A DNA stretch of 64,000 nucleotides, taken from positions 20,708,001 through 20,772,000 of the forward strand of contig JBHGNT010000006.1 of assembly GCA_043228905.1 (NCBI GenBank), written 5' to 3'. Positions 34,449 through 46,164 of the stretch are shown here, piece by piece. A program made the translations under genes and the position numbers. Position 1 is the stretch's first letter. Each line of letters opens with the position of its first letter. The notes beneath the pieces are model-generated. The model was not told the DNA's origin, ran no database searches, and was given only the letters and a program-made list of their open reading frames with translations. The stretch is from Azolla caroliniana. Taxonomy: Eukaryota > Plantae > Polypodiophyta.

Positions 34449-35726
34449 CACCTTCTCGCAATCTTTCATATGATCCGCAACGAACTTTCTACAACCTTCC
34501 TTATCTTTCGATTCATCTTTCTCCTCATCCGAACATCCATTTATCGGAATATCATCCAAGAATGGCATCGTGATGTCCGGAATGCAATCCTTCAAGACTT
34601 TATTCATGGCATTCACCATATGAGCCACCGAGTTCGTTGCGCCTTGGGGTAAGGTACACATCTGCACAAGCCCGATCGGAGTCCTCATGGTTGTAATGTC
34701 CCGACTGTTGATCGCCAATTGGAATTGGTCATATCCGGAGTAGAGATCGCCAATGGAGTAGATGGACCGGCCCGCAAACGCTTCGGCAAATTTGTCCACG
34801 CTCGGACCGATTCCGGCATTTTGAATTGTCACCTTGTTGACGGGTTGAAGATCTTGGATGAATCGCAATGATCCATTCTTCTTCGGCACCGTGAACCACC
34901 TATTGGAATAAGGAGCATTCGACGGTTCTAGAATTCCCATACTCACCTTCTCCTTTAAGAGCTCGATCAGCTTCGGAAGGTGTGCTCTCGGAACCGGTAT
35001 CGGTTTCAAATTCCAAGGCACATGAGGCACCGTGAAGATCACCATTGGCTCTATAACCTTTGGGTCGGCGCATCCGATTTCTTGTGGGAAGAATGCGAAA
35101 GCCTTCCCATGTCTCTCAAGCATATCGCGAAACATTCGCTCCTCTTCAGGGAGAAGGAAATCCTCCTTTCCAACTCGTAGCTTCCCCTTCGTCTCTTTGG
35201 TGAAGTCATGACCTATCTTCTTCGGATCTCTTAAGCTTGGATCGTTAGCGACTTCCTTCATCTTTTGCCAGCTATCTTCCGGTAGCGGAACCGCAACTGG
35301 CTTGATCTTCTTATCCACCGTTTTATATTTCGTGTTGATGTCAGCTTCCTTCATCGAGATGCCACGACGGTATTCATCGATGATAGCGTACATGTTGACG
35401 GAGTTAACCGAAATCACGCGTTGGTTGTGAAGATAGCTCAAGTCCACGACGTCCTCGATTTCGCCGATGGTGTCATTAAATGAGGCTTCTTCCATAATAT
35501 GAGTCACGAACTCTCCTTCTTCTATTATATTCTCTTCTTTCAACATCTTCTCGAATTCTTGTATCCGATGCTTGTGCTTCTTGTCGGGTAGTACTAGTTT
35601 ACATGTGGCACTAGGTGTGAAACATGTTGCTTCTCCTCGCAATCCACGCGCTCTTCTTTCTTGTGGGGATTTGTGATCGCTCGGACTATTTGTGCCCCAT
35701 GCTTCAATAGTCCGCTCTAAAAATCC
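34449..35726 (-). pseudogene. pol: B2 ORF2 N-terminus and RT core
   Basis: The -1 frame from GGATTTT reads GFLERTIEAWG...LRGEATC into DLYSGYDQF, LPQGATNSV and PFLDDIP. Confidence 0.88.
35664..35726 (-). promoter_or_regulatory. Predicted -1 frameshift signal in B2
   Basis: G_GAT_TTT, TAG, 9-bp stem CGGACTATT/AATAGTCCG, loop TGGGG able to pair with downstream CCCCA. Confidence 0.78.
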
Positions 35727-37803
35727 GAGGATTCGCCTCCGAGACTATCTCGATTCCTTTCATGATTGGCTCACACTGTTAGGAATTGGACCGATCTTTG
35801 GTTGTCAAGACTCTTTATTTGTGCGAAGGCTGCTCCATTATCGAACACTTTGGTCTCCATCCGAGATGATGTGATATAAGGTTGCCCTAGGATGACAGGA
35901 TGCGACGCCGATTCTTGTACGAAGAAGTGTTGATCCATCTCCACATCCCCGATCGTGACTTTGACATTGGGACAAGCTCCGTACAAGTCCTCCGTAGACT
36001 TTGTTGCCGCGCGAATCTTCCATCCGTGGTTTGTATTGATTGGCCATCTTCCCTTTTTGTAGAAGTCAGTTGACATGAGGTTGATCTCCGAGCCGTGGTC
36101 GATCAAGGCTACGACGGTCTCTTTCTTCTCCCCGATCTTCACCGGCGTCTCCGTTGTCGCTCGTGCCCAATGAGGTCGAGTGTAGTGGCTGTCCACCATA
36201 TCTTCATTGATTTCGTCTCTTGCCATCGTTATGGCATTCGTTTTTGCTTTCTGCGGCTTCTCTTCTTCCTCGTCCGATTGTTGTCTCTTTCTCTTGTCCG
36301 TCGTCTGCTCTATGTCCGACCTTAGCTTATAGGTAGGTATGGTCCTTGTCCTCCGAGCGGGGTCTTCGACACCAACCTTCACGGGCCAAACCGTTTCTTC
36401 AACTCGTATGCTCAGCTCCCCTTTTCGGCTTGATTCTCGTTCCTCCGTTTGTAAAGGTCGACTCGTTTCCGCATCGTCCTTCTTTTTCGCGTGCCTTGTT
36501 TCATGTCTTTTTGATGGGCCTTGCTCTTCTATTCTCTTTCTCTTTTCTTTGACGAACACCTCGTGGTTGTCGCACATCACCTCTGCGAGTATGGTGTTGT
36601 CGTCCACCGGATCCGACCACCCGGTTATGCTTTGCACGCTTCGGTCCGCAAGCTCTACCTTGTTCGATGTGATTTTTTCCTTCTTCTCATATTCGAGAAC
36701 GGAGGTCCAAAACTTTGCTCCCGCTCTAGCAGCTTCAGTCTTGTCGTTCCCGACTCTTATTCCGGCCGACGTAGCATAGTGCATCACATCCACATGAGTC
36801 GCATCGGCATCCTCCATAGATCTCTTCATTCCTCCTCTTCCGAAATCACCCGTAGGGGTCTTCTAGTCTCGCTTGAGCAGATCATGTTGTCCTCTATGTA
36901 TACGATATTTTGTCGAATCACCTCTCGAAGGCTCGCACAATCCCTTCTCATGTGGTCCATGCTATCGCACCACACGCATCTAAAGGGTTCTTTTCCTTTA
37001 GGGCCCCGACGATTCATGTTGGCTAGAATGACCTTCTCGAACTTCTTTGCTAGCTCTTCAATGATGTCGTCATCAATCTTCTTTTCTTCCACGTTACTTT
37101 GTCTTAGAGGCTCAGCTACTTTCGGCGGTCTTGCTTTCTCCGTGGTAGTCAGTCCCGTCAAGTTAGTGTCATCAACCCATTGGCGACGCTTGTCGATCCT
37201 TTTGCATGCCCACTTCACCGCGATCCAGTCCGCTACGAGCCCATTTGCTTGGGTATCATCTTCGAGAAGAGTCCCCAACTCCCGTCTATCCTTTATGTCC
37301 ACGGCCTTCAAGAAGTACAAAGTCTTGTCCTCTTCAAGCAATACTTGGTCCGTATTGGGGAGACGACTAAACATCTGGTCGAATTCGTCGTACACCCTCG
37401 AGACGCTCATCTTCTTATTCTTCTTCTCTATCCACTTCATCAGGGCATGTCGAGTCATCCTCGTTGAGTCTTCAGTCACGAACTCCGCTAGTATCGTTTT
37501 CTCGAACTCGGACCATGTTGTCTTTCCTTCTTGAAGCTCGATGACGCGTCTTTGGATGTTGTTGGCGACAACTCTCTTGAAGCTTGCAATTTGACGTGCC
37601 TCGGACACGTCCCTTTGATTCATCTCCCTCTTATATGCATCAAGGAACTTCGTAACGTTCCTTCCATCGAATTGGCCCTCGAGCTCTACGACACGATCGA
37701 CAACCTTCTCCACGCTCGCGTCGTTGTCCCGAGATCTCATCATTTGCTCGATGTTTAGCATCATCCTTTCGAGCTCTCCTGCTTGGTTGCTTGAGGACGC
37801 CAT
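35717..37803 (-). pseudogene. gag: B2 gag plus protease (ORF1), with a frameshift, an internal deletion and a stop
   Basis: FDGRNVTKFL, CVWCDSMDH...C, ALIDHGSEINL, ILGQPY; ends ...SSDF*. Confidence 0.88.
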
Positions 37804-39607
37804 CTCCAAGTATTAATCTCGACTTGATCCTTCCTACCGCCTCGTTCACGTCGGGTTCACCACTTAATTATGTCGTGAAGATCCGTCACTACGCGCGGAT
37901 CGTGAGGCGGAACCGCCGGGGTTCTGGACCAGAAGGATTTAGAGTCGATACAAGCTTTGGCGAGAAAGTACTAAAGATAGATTGGGAAAGAGAGAAGTTG
38001 AGATTACACGATCAATTTGATAACGAATTTCTTCCTCTTAATTTTCATAAAAAAACCCCCGTCTTTTTCTCCTCCCCCTTCCCTCTTTTATAGATGCTCT
38101 CATGCATATGATGCATGTGAGGGTACAAGACATGCATAAATTGCATGTTTGCCATTTGGCGCTTAAGTATTACATGTGGTGCATGCTAACCATGTCACTC
38201 ATTTTAGCTCTCATGTATGAGAATTTACATGTAAAAGTACAATGATAGAAATATAATTTCAACTAAATAGCATGGCTTAATGGTAAGCCAATTGACTCTT
38301 AACATGGAGGTGCAAGGTTCGAATCTATACTTGCCCTCCTTGTATATGTAAATATGTATATATATTTATATATTTATTTTATCTAGTCACCGGACGCCGG
38401 TTCGCCGGATACTGTCGCCGGATGCCGATGCCGCCGCCGGATACCGGTGCTGCCGGATTGCGGTCGGATGCCATCGGATCACCGGCTCCATCGTCGGTCC
38501 GGTTTTGGTTGGCCAAAACCCTTTTCGAGTAGCTAGCCACCTCCACTCTTAGTTCAAGTTACCTTGAACTCTCTATGCTCCACACATAGACACAAAGATA
38601 ATATCTTTTGCTCCACCTTATATATGATGAGAGCCGTATTTGTCGTGCCTATGTGGGATATCTCACAATTTTCTCTTTTCTTTTCACAAACTTTATACCC
38701 TCATATCTTGACATTTAATTGTCCATTTCTCGTGTAATAAAGTGCATTCGAAACCTCCATCATTTTGTACTTAGATATTAAAAATGTTATCTTCACAATT
38801 ATTGTATTACGTGATTCATACTCGATTTCGTACGTTTTATGGGATTTTCACACTATTGCCGAAAATCTTCACGACAACATGTTTAGTGTATTTAATCAAT
38901 ATTTAGATTGTAAGAAAGAGAATTTTGATGATAAACTCGTGAATCCCATGAATATATTAGATTGATCAATCCTTGTAAAATAATCAACAACCCCATACAT
39001 CTTTCTCTCCTCCTTATATAAGGATAGAAGAGGCTAAGCATAGCTTCATGTTTATTTTCTTCTAAAGTGTTCATGCACACTAAATGTGCATGAGTGGCTT
39101 TTTACACTATGCTTTTATTTCCTAAATATAGTGCTCATGCTCGCTAGATGTGCACGAGTAATTTTTTATTGGTGTACATTTTTCTTATAAATAAAGTATT
39201 CACGCATTCTAAAAATGCATGACTTACCTTTTAATAAAGGTAGGCGTAAATAAAGGTCTTATACGTATTAAATCTATATTTGGAACACTTAGGATAAGTT
39301 AGTACAATGGTAAGGTTGGGGTTTGTCAACGTGGAGGTACATGGCTTGAATCTTGCCCTATGCATGTAATGATCTTTTCTTTTATTTATAAATTTGTCTC
39401 TCCATATGGTGAGAGACTCTCACCGACCTTCTTTATCTGGCTCTTGCCGGTTCTTACTGGGTCTCCTTACCGGGTCCTCCTTTCCGGTTCCTCCTTCCCG
39501 ATTCCTCCTTCATCCGGTTCTCACCGGTTCTCCTTACCGGGTCCTCCTTACCCATCCGGAGGGACAAAATTGCATTTTTCACATAGTGTGCGAATTACAC
39601 TACGATA

Positions 39608-41060
39608 GCGTGCATGCCAAATCTTTGCATCGAAAATAGCTTGAGAATCCTATATTGCAAAGGCCGAATTGTTTATAGATCTTTCATAATCTACGAGCTT
39701 ATACGACCTATGACATAAAATGCCAGAAGCAATAATACATCCCCATTGGACAGATCATGAACTGTACACCTACCATCAAGAAATTTAACAGCCAAGCCAA
39801 TCTTGGCTAATGCTGAAACTGACAACAAATTTTTCTTGATCCCTAGCACAAACAAAGTATTTGACAAGATGAAAGGACCACCATCAACAGTTGTCAAAAT
39901 GATCTTACCAACACCCATAACTGGATAAGCTGAGTTGTTGGCGCATGTGATAGTATTCCTTGTAGGGGCAGGCTCCAATGAAGTGAAGAAATTGCGGTGC
40001 GAGGTAATATGTTTGGTTGCCCCATTGTCGAAGTACTAAACATCTGATTCTACAACAGACATACATTGTTCAAGTGAAGATGGGTCAAAACTGCAAATAG
40101 TAGTAAATGCCCATTCTTCATTCTGCACAAGATTTGCAGACTCTGTTTTCGGTGTAGAGACTTCTGCAACAACGAATCCTGCCTCTTTTTTCTTTGCCTC
40201 TTTTGCAACCAATTTTGGACAGTTCTTTATAATATGATTAGTTCCTTTACAATATTTGCAAAACAGTTTTAGTTTCTGCTCTTGTTTTTTTCATTCACCT
40301 GTGAAGTATTAACAAATCTCTGCTTGGTAGCTGATGCGTTCCATTTACCTTTGCCCTTCTGACTAGCTAGGAAAGCTTGATCTGCAACACACATAATAGA
40401 CTTGTTTTGCCTAGACTGGTCTTCCTAAAACAAAACAGAGACTAACTCCTCAAATGATAAGGCATTGGGATTACCTTTCATCATAAAATGAAGAGTAGAA
40501 GTAAAACTCTAATATGAATCAGGAAGACCATTTAGAACGATCACAAGTGAACTATCTGATATCATTTTATCAACAAAAATTAATTGTTCCTTTAATCTTT
40601 GACTTTTCTAAGAAAACTGTCCATAGGATCACCTTCATTCATGTGCTCGCTCTCCAATTGTTTTCGAAGATAAGCAATACGAGCCTCATTTCTTTCTTGG
40701 TACAAAGTGGTAAGAGTATCCCAAGCATCCTTTGCTGTTTTGCACGAGCGAATATGGGGAATAATGGCACGTTTCGTAGACAAAGCTATCAAAGCATGTG
40801 CCTGAGCATCTCTGCCATCCCAATGAAGTTGATCTGCATTTGGTACAACAGAAATTGCAGCATGGGCATGAGCATGATTATCAACATCCTCGACAAAATC
40901 AATACAATCAACGTTTGTGTTCTCAACAACAAGACGTTTTTCAGCCCCTTGAACCACATTCCACAACCTCTTTGCTACTAATACATGGCACATCATATAA
41001 GCCTAGAGAGGGTAATTTGTTCCATCCAGTTTATCCTCAACAACAAGAATTCGAAATATA
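39608..41060 (-). pseudogene. gag: Copia A gag-protease fragments
   Basis: KLDGTNYPL, TAKDAWDTL, a CKYC..H...C zinc knuckle, a FDNGATKH-type protease motif and IKKNLLSVSAL. Confidence 0.85.
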
Positions 41061-44000
41061 TCATTGCTCTCGGCCATTGCCATTGATTGAACATGTTTTG
41101 ATGCAAAATATGGACTGTTGAATGAATACAAGGGAATAAAGTACCTCTTTGACTTGGAAGATGAACCAACGAAGAGAAAAGGGAAGCAAATATGATTTCT
41201 GTGCTGCAACCGCACAAAAGAGGGTTGTAGGAATGTCTTGGAAGACTCAAGGAGGCTTTTAGTGGGATTGAATTGACTTGGAAACAGAAAAAAAACACAA
41301 CTGAAACTGCGTGGAAGAAGAAAACACGTAGAAATTGATTTTTCAATAGTAGAAAAAAGCCACCACAGATGGCGCAGACGGACTGTGTATGAGAGCCGTT
41401 GCCTTGCTGTTCGTGCGTTGCGTTGCTGCTCAAACTTAGCTTAGTAGCTTTGATACCACTGTTGGGTTCTTGTTTTGAATCACAAAAACTTTCCCACTTT
41501 AGGGTTATGAGAGTATTTATAGACAGGGGGAAAAAACCTCCTAAAGAGGGAAAAAATGACCCTGTTGTCCTAAGTGTGTTCACACACATCACTACCGAAA
41601 TATGCTCGCGCTTTCAAAGTGCACTCTTGTGCTTTGCAGGGCGTTAATCTCTCATTTGCAGCTTAGATTCATGGTTTGAAAATTGTGCCATGATTCTCAC
41701 AAAGTCTTCTAGATGCTCATTCATTGAATGTACGAATTTGATCACCTCCATGCTCGTGAATTTGAATGGTTTTGCATATAAATGGACGTTGGTGTTGATA
41801 TATACATTAGATGAAGAATATGATAAGGACTTGCAAGGCAAGATGTGTACAACAAACAACACAAATATACAAGAAGAAGAAGGAAGGTAGGCGATAGACC
41901 CAAATTAAGCTTCAATGGAGGTTCTCTCTTATTCTCTTTTTTGTAACTGTCTTTTCTCCAAGATACTCTTTACAATGTCAAGTTTGAGGTTATTTACTCA
42001 AGCCTTAACTAGAGAATGTGTTCACACTAAGGATACAAAGTGGAAAGTGTTAGCCTTTTATGCTAACAACTTGGATCTGCAATTCTTGATAAAGAAGATT
42101 CATGATGATGCTTATTTGGCAATGAATCACCTAGTTACAACAAGATATTTTAAGATACATATAAATGAAAATGAGAAAATTGAATTAGTTCGCAATAATT
42201 CCCATCAGGCAAAAGAAATATACAATCAAGGATAAAGGCCTCAACCCCCATACATGGGGTGGCTTGAATAGGATATTTGTGGGGAAGATGAAAAGAGGTC
42301 AAGGATGATGGTGGGAATGAGGAAATGGAGTAGGTTTAAATTATTTTGAATATTGAATGATAAGACAAATATAAAATATGGACGCGAAATAAGATGAAGT
42401 CAATAATCACCTACTCTCATCCCTTGTGTCCCAATGCCCTATCCCACGTTGTATCGTGTGAGGTAAGTCTCATGAAAGAAATGGTTCAGATCGTTAACAA
42501 CGGGATGGGTGCTAACATGGATTGATGTGTGCGGTTTTGTTGCTTGGAGAAACTTGTAAGAAAATGCTTTTGGAAATTTTCAAATTTTTTCCAAGTGGAC
42601 AGAGAGTGAGCAATAGATAATCATCTTCGGCGGGAAAATATTACATTTCACATGATACATATGAAAGTGAGTGGTGACTCTCAATGTTCAAGAAATTTAC
42701 CAATGAATGTTGCAATCGAGAGTGCACATTGTGGTTGTGAGAGAAATTCATGCAAGGATTGGGCTTCGTCAAAGATGTGTGGAAAGCATGATCGAATATG
42801 ATCAAAGGTTGAGAGCATTGTATGAAAGCGTGATACTCAGATTCTCAAACTTGTTTAGGGCAAAGTGTGCATAGTTGACCACTCTCATCACTTGTGCCTT
42901 GATGCCCCGTTTCACATAGAAATGCATGTGAGCTAAGTTTCATGGAAGCAATGGTTCGAATGGTAGATAATGGGATGGGCTCTAAGATGTATCCATGTGT
43001 ACGGTTTCCATGTTCCGCGAAGAATATGGTTTTGTAGTTAGGTGCAACATGTATAATATAATGTGTGAAGTGTGAGCCTCCACATTTGTCCCATGTCATG
43101 ATACATTGGTGTTGCGAAAAAGACTTTATTTACAAAGGAATCTAGTGATGCATCATGACGCAAGTATGTTGCATCCCATCTACCAAACCATTTTTCCATA
43201 TCTTGCATCCAACCAGAACACAAAATTTCATTTTTATATGTCATTTGGATCTTTATTCTTGCTTCCCATGCAATTCTAGGAGGTCGATGTGAGGGACTTT
43301 TTGGAACCTTAAGCATGTATTCAACAAGTTACCCTTTCCATGGTCATGATCTCAATGGGAAGTGATTCCATCTTAAGGAGGAGGGTGTATGATGTTTGTT
43401 TCTTAACTTGTAGAAACGCTATAAGAAAATGTTTTTGGACATTTTCTAACTCTTTCCAAGACTTAGATTTAAGGATGCTACCACCCCATAGAGAAGCACC
43501 AATGTCACCAAAGTGTTGAAAAGGTACTTCTTGAGGACCCAACACTTAATATCTCCATGATTGCATGTATTCTCAAATGCATAATATGATCTCTTTCCTA
43601 CCTGTAAGTGGTGTGTAGCACAATCATTCAATCTATGATTCGAAGGAACTTCAAGGCCACGATATTTGAAGCTTTCCCCACATTCAAGTGGCTCATTATT
43701 ATACATAATGCATGATTTATCTTTCTTTTTTAGCTCTTCACAAGAATAATATTTGTTTTAGAGAATTTGACACTTAATTTGATATACATGCAAAAAATTC
43801 CCAATGTCTTCATAAGCTTTTTGTGCATCTCCTAATGAATTTGCAAAAAGCACTACATCATTTGCATATTACAAAAGCATAATGACTACATTCCCAATGA
43901 CAATTTCTTCAACGCCTTTTTCTTTTACAAACTTGGCAACCATTTCTTCCAATTCATCAATGCATAGGCCGAATAGAGTTGGTGAGAGTGGGCATCCTTG

Positions 44001-44298
44001 CTTAATACCAATAATGTTACAAAAAAAATTTGAAAGTCTATCACTCATACGCACACAACATATAACCTTCTCATATATTTGGGAAATTGCAAACATATAT
44101 TCATTGGGCACCTCAAGTTCTTCCATTCGCCTTCAAAGATGCTCTCAAGGTAGCATGTCAAAAGCTTTCTTGAAGTCTACAAAGTAGCAATATAAACCTT
44201 TACCTCTAAGGTGACTTTCCTCCATTAATACTCGAAGGGTGACAAAGTGATCAATGATGCTATGGTGTTTTTGAAAGCCAACTTATCCATAAGTTCTC

Positions 44299-44685
44299 TG
44301 TTAAGAATTAGGTAATTAAGCAAGGGTTAATTCGTGACTAATTATGTGATATGTGTGTGTGTGTGTGTGTGAGAGAGGAAGATAACACTTATGAACAACG
44401 AGACAAGATGGGGGATGATTAACTATATTAAAAAGCATCATCAAATACAAAAATACCCACAATGAGGTATATATACATCTCATGTGTGAGTAGAATATAG
44501 GTACAAGGGTGTAAGGCCTATATTAAATGAACATGGGAATGGAGGATCTACAATGTATCCCACTCAAGTACAAAATCCTATTTAAGGCTTTAAGGTCAAC
44601 ACACTAACTAGATTCTATCTAGGTAACTACTAAGTTATGTGTGTTGACTAACTAACTAAGTCTAGTTGAGCTTGATATCTCAACA
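44299..44685. mobile_element. Solo LTR (387 bp), probably Copia, inside the LINE RT
   Basis: TG...CA termini; TSD TTCTC/CTCTC. The right end AGTTGAGCTTGATATCTCAACA resembles the LTR ends of D and G. Confidence 0.8.
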
Positions 44686-45331
44686 CTCTCTTACCATTTT
44701 TTTCAGCCCATACACTTATCTTTGATTCCATTATACGTCCAAATAGTTTTGCCATTAATGAGCCAACCATGATGGTTCGATAATTGTTTACATTATTTAC
44801 ATCTCCACCTTTATGTAAAGGTTTGATCCAATTTGTAGTCCAATCGTACGACATACCATGTTGTAATGCATCATTAAACATATCACTTATCCATACATGT
44901 GCTTCCTTTCCCGTCCATTTGAGCATTTAAGCCTTTATACATTGAAGATTGCTTGCCTTTCGAGAGGCCAATTTAAGTCCTATGCATATATCTTCAATTG
45001 TAAAGAAGGGAGACATATGTGAAAGAGAATCTTAACACATCATCTTTTCGGCAAGAGATAACTCATATAAATTCTTATGCATAGACAAGTCGTGAAGAGT
45101 TAAGTCACCATAACTCTCAACACGTGTCCCCTTTAGATTTCCCCAAAATTTAGCACATGCATGTGCTTTCTCTTGCGTTTGGAGAAATTGTTGAGTAACT
45201 TCCCATATTCTTCTCTTTATTTGAATAAGCCTTTTATACTCATGCAAATGCTTTTGGTAATTTTCTTTATCCTTAACTACATCCAAAACCATCAAGCACT
45301 TTTGAGCTTCATGACATTCTTTATCAAACCT

Positions 45332-45622
45332 TTTTTTCCTAAATTTCTTGGTGCATTTCCAAGATGTGCGATTGGTCGAAAAACATTTGTTTGTACAAGA
45401 GAGAATGACTTTCTTAAAAGCTTCCCATTTGTATTTTAGTGTGGCACCATGTTATATCTTTGTCATTTGTTGGTCGAAAAACATTTTTTCCTAAATTTCT
45501 TGGTGCATTTCCAAGATGTGCGGTTGGTCGAAAAACATTTGTTTGTACAAGAGAGAATGACTTTCTTTAAAGCTTCCCATTTGTATTTTACTGTGGCACC
45601 ATGTTGTATCTTTGTCATTTGT
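45332..45622. repeat. Tandem duplication in LINE ORF2 (period 152 bp) with 13-bp filler
   Basis: 45332-45470 is repeated at 45484-45622. Confidence 0.85.
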
Positions 45623-45838
45623 AACATATCCTCAACCATCTTAGAATACATGGGCGCTCGCTTAAGGTTCATGCTCAAGTGCGATTGTTTATTATCTTCA
45701 ATGGCTGTCAGGAACTCTATTAAGGCAGAGAAGGAATTAGTACTAAAAGGAGGATTAGTACTATTGTTGGGGAATAGTACTAAGACAGAGAAGGATTAGT
45801 ACTATGAGAGGTGTCGAACTTTGAGAGAAGGAATGAGT

Positions 45839-45882
<44 letters not shown>

Positions 45883-46108
45883 TGGTGCGAAAGATATATG
45901 TATTATATGACGGAAGATATACAACAGTAGTTAGAAGGCTTAAGACTGGCGTTGAACCGATTTGGTTCGAACTAATGCCTTGCGCCTCCTTTTATAGTGT
46001 CTTCAGGAATACTCCTGAAGTTTCTAGAATGTTCCAGAGAAATCTGGAATATACATCAATTTCCTAATAAAACCTAAATGAAAATAATATCCTTCAAATT
46101 ACAACTCA

Positions 46109-46161
46109 TAACTTAATGGTAAAGTCTCGACCCGTGTAACAAAAGGTTATGGGTTCGAGTC
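46109..46161 (+). promoter_or_regulatory. tRNA-like A-box/B-box module at the U3 end of F LTRs (also 49944-49996, 50481-50533, 55339-55391)
   Basis: TAACTTAATGGTAAAGT (intact D-stem) ... AGGT ... GGGTTCGAGTC with canonical spacing. Confidence 0.65.
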
Positions 46162-46164
46162 TAG

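Larger units (their letters stand above)
25566..38876 (-). mobile_element. Ty3/Gypsy element B2 (same lineage as B1), inserted in the B1 5' LTR
   Basis: 1006-bp LTRs 25566-26571 and 37871-38876 (about 7 differences). 12-bp terminal inverted repeats TGTCGTGAAGAT. 18-nt tRNA-Trp PBS at 37845-37862. TSD ACGT/ACAT. Confidence 0.95.
8231..39607 (-). mobile_element. Ty3/Gypsy element B1 (no chromodomain seen, FLDD-type RT), host of C1, D and B2
   Basis: 3' LTR 8231-9003. 5' LTR 25422-25565 + 38881-39607, split by B2. G-rich PPT at 9004-9042. tRNA-Trp PBS at 25400-25417. TSD GCGT (8227-8230 / 39608-39611). Confidence 0.9.
5163..41604 (-). mobile_element. Ty1/Copia element A (degenerate), split by Gypsy B1; outermost element of nest 1
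   Basis: 3' LTR 5163-5390 (TG...CA) with PPT at 5391-5400. 5' LTR 41460-41604 lacks its outer 6 bp. PBS TGGTATCAAAGC at 41447-41458 (tRNA-iMet type). Coding sequence rejoins across B1 as WHARFGHL. Confidence 0.9.
42670..45705 (-). pseudogene. LINE ORF2 RT and C-terminal domain fragments
   Basis: KPLHKGGD..NNYRTI, GIKQGCPLSPTLF, YAND, FKYRGL, KLSSHAFLCETG...CTLC. Confidence 0.85.

Noticed and set aside
36521-37534. 337-aa antisense ORF over B2 gag, and other antisense ORFs over C1, C2, D and G
   Set aside because: Shadow ORFs of the coding strand with no recognisable motifs.
41800-42660. Possible missing 3' LTR of G or the LINE 3' tail and TSD
   Set aside because: No match to the G LTR and no convincing tail or TSD.
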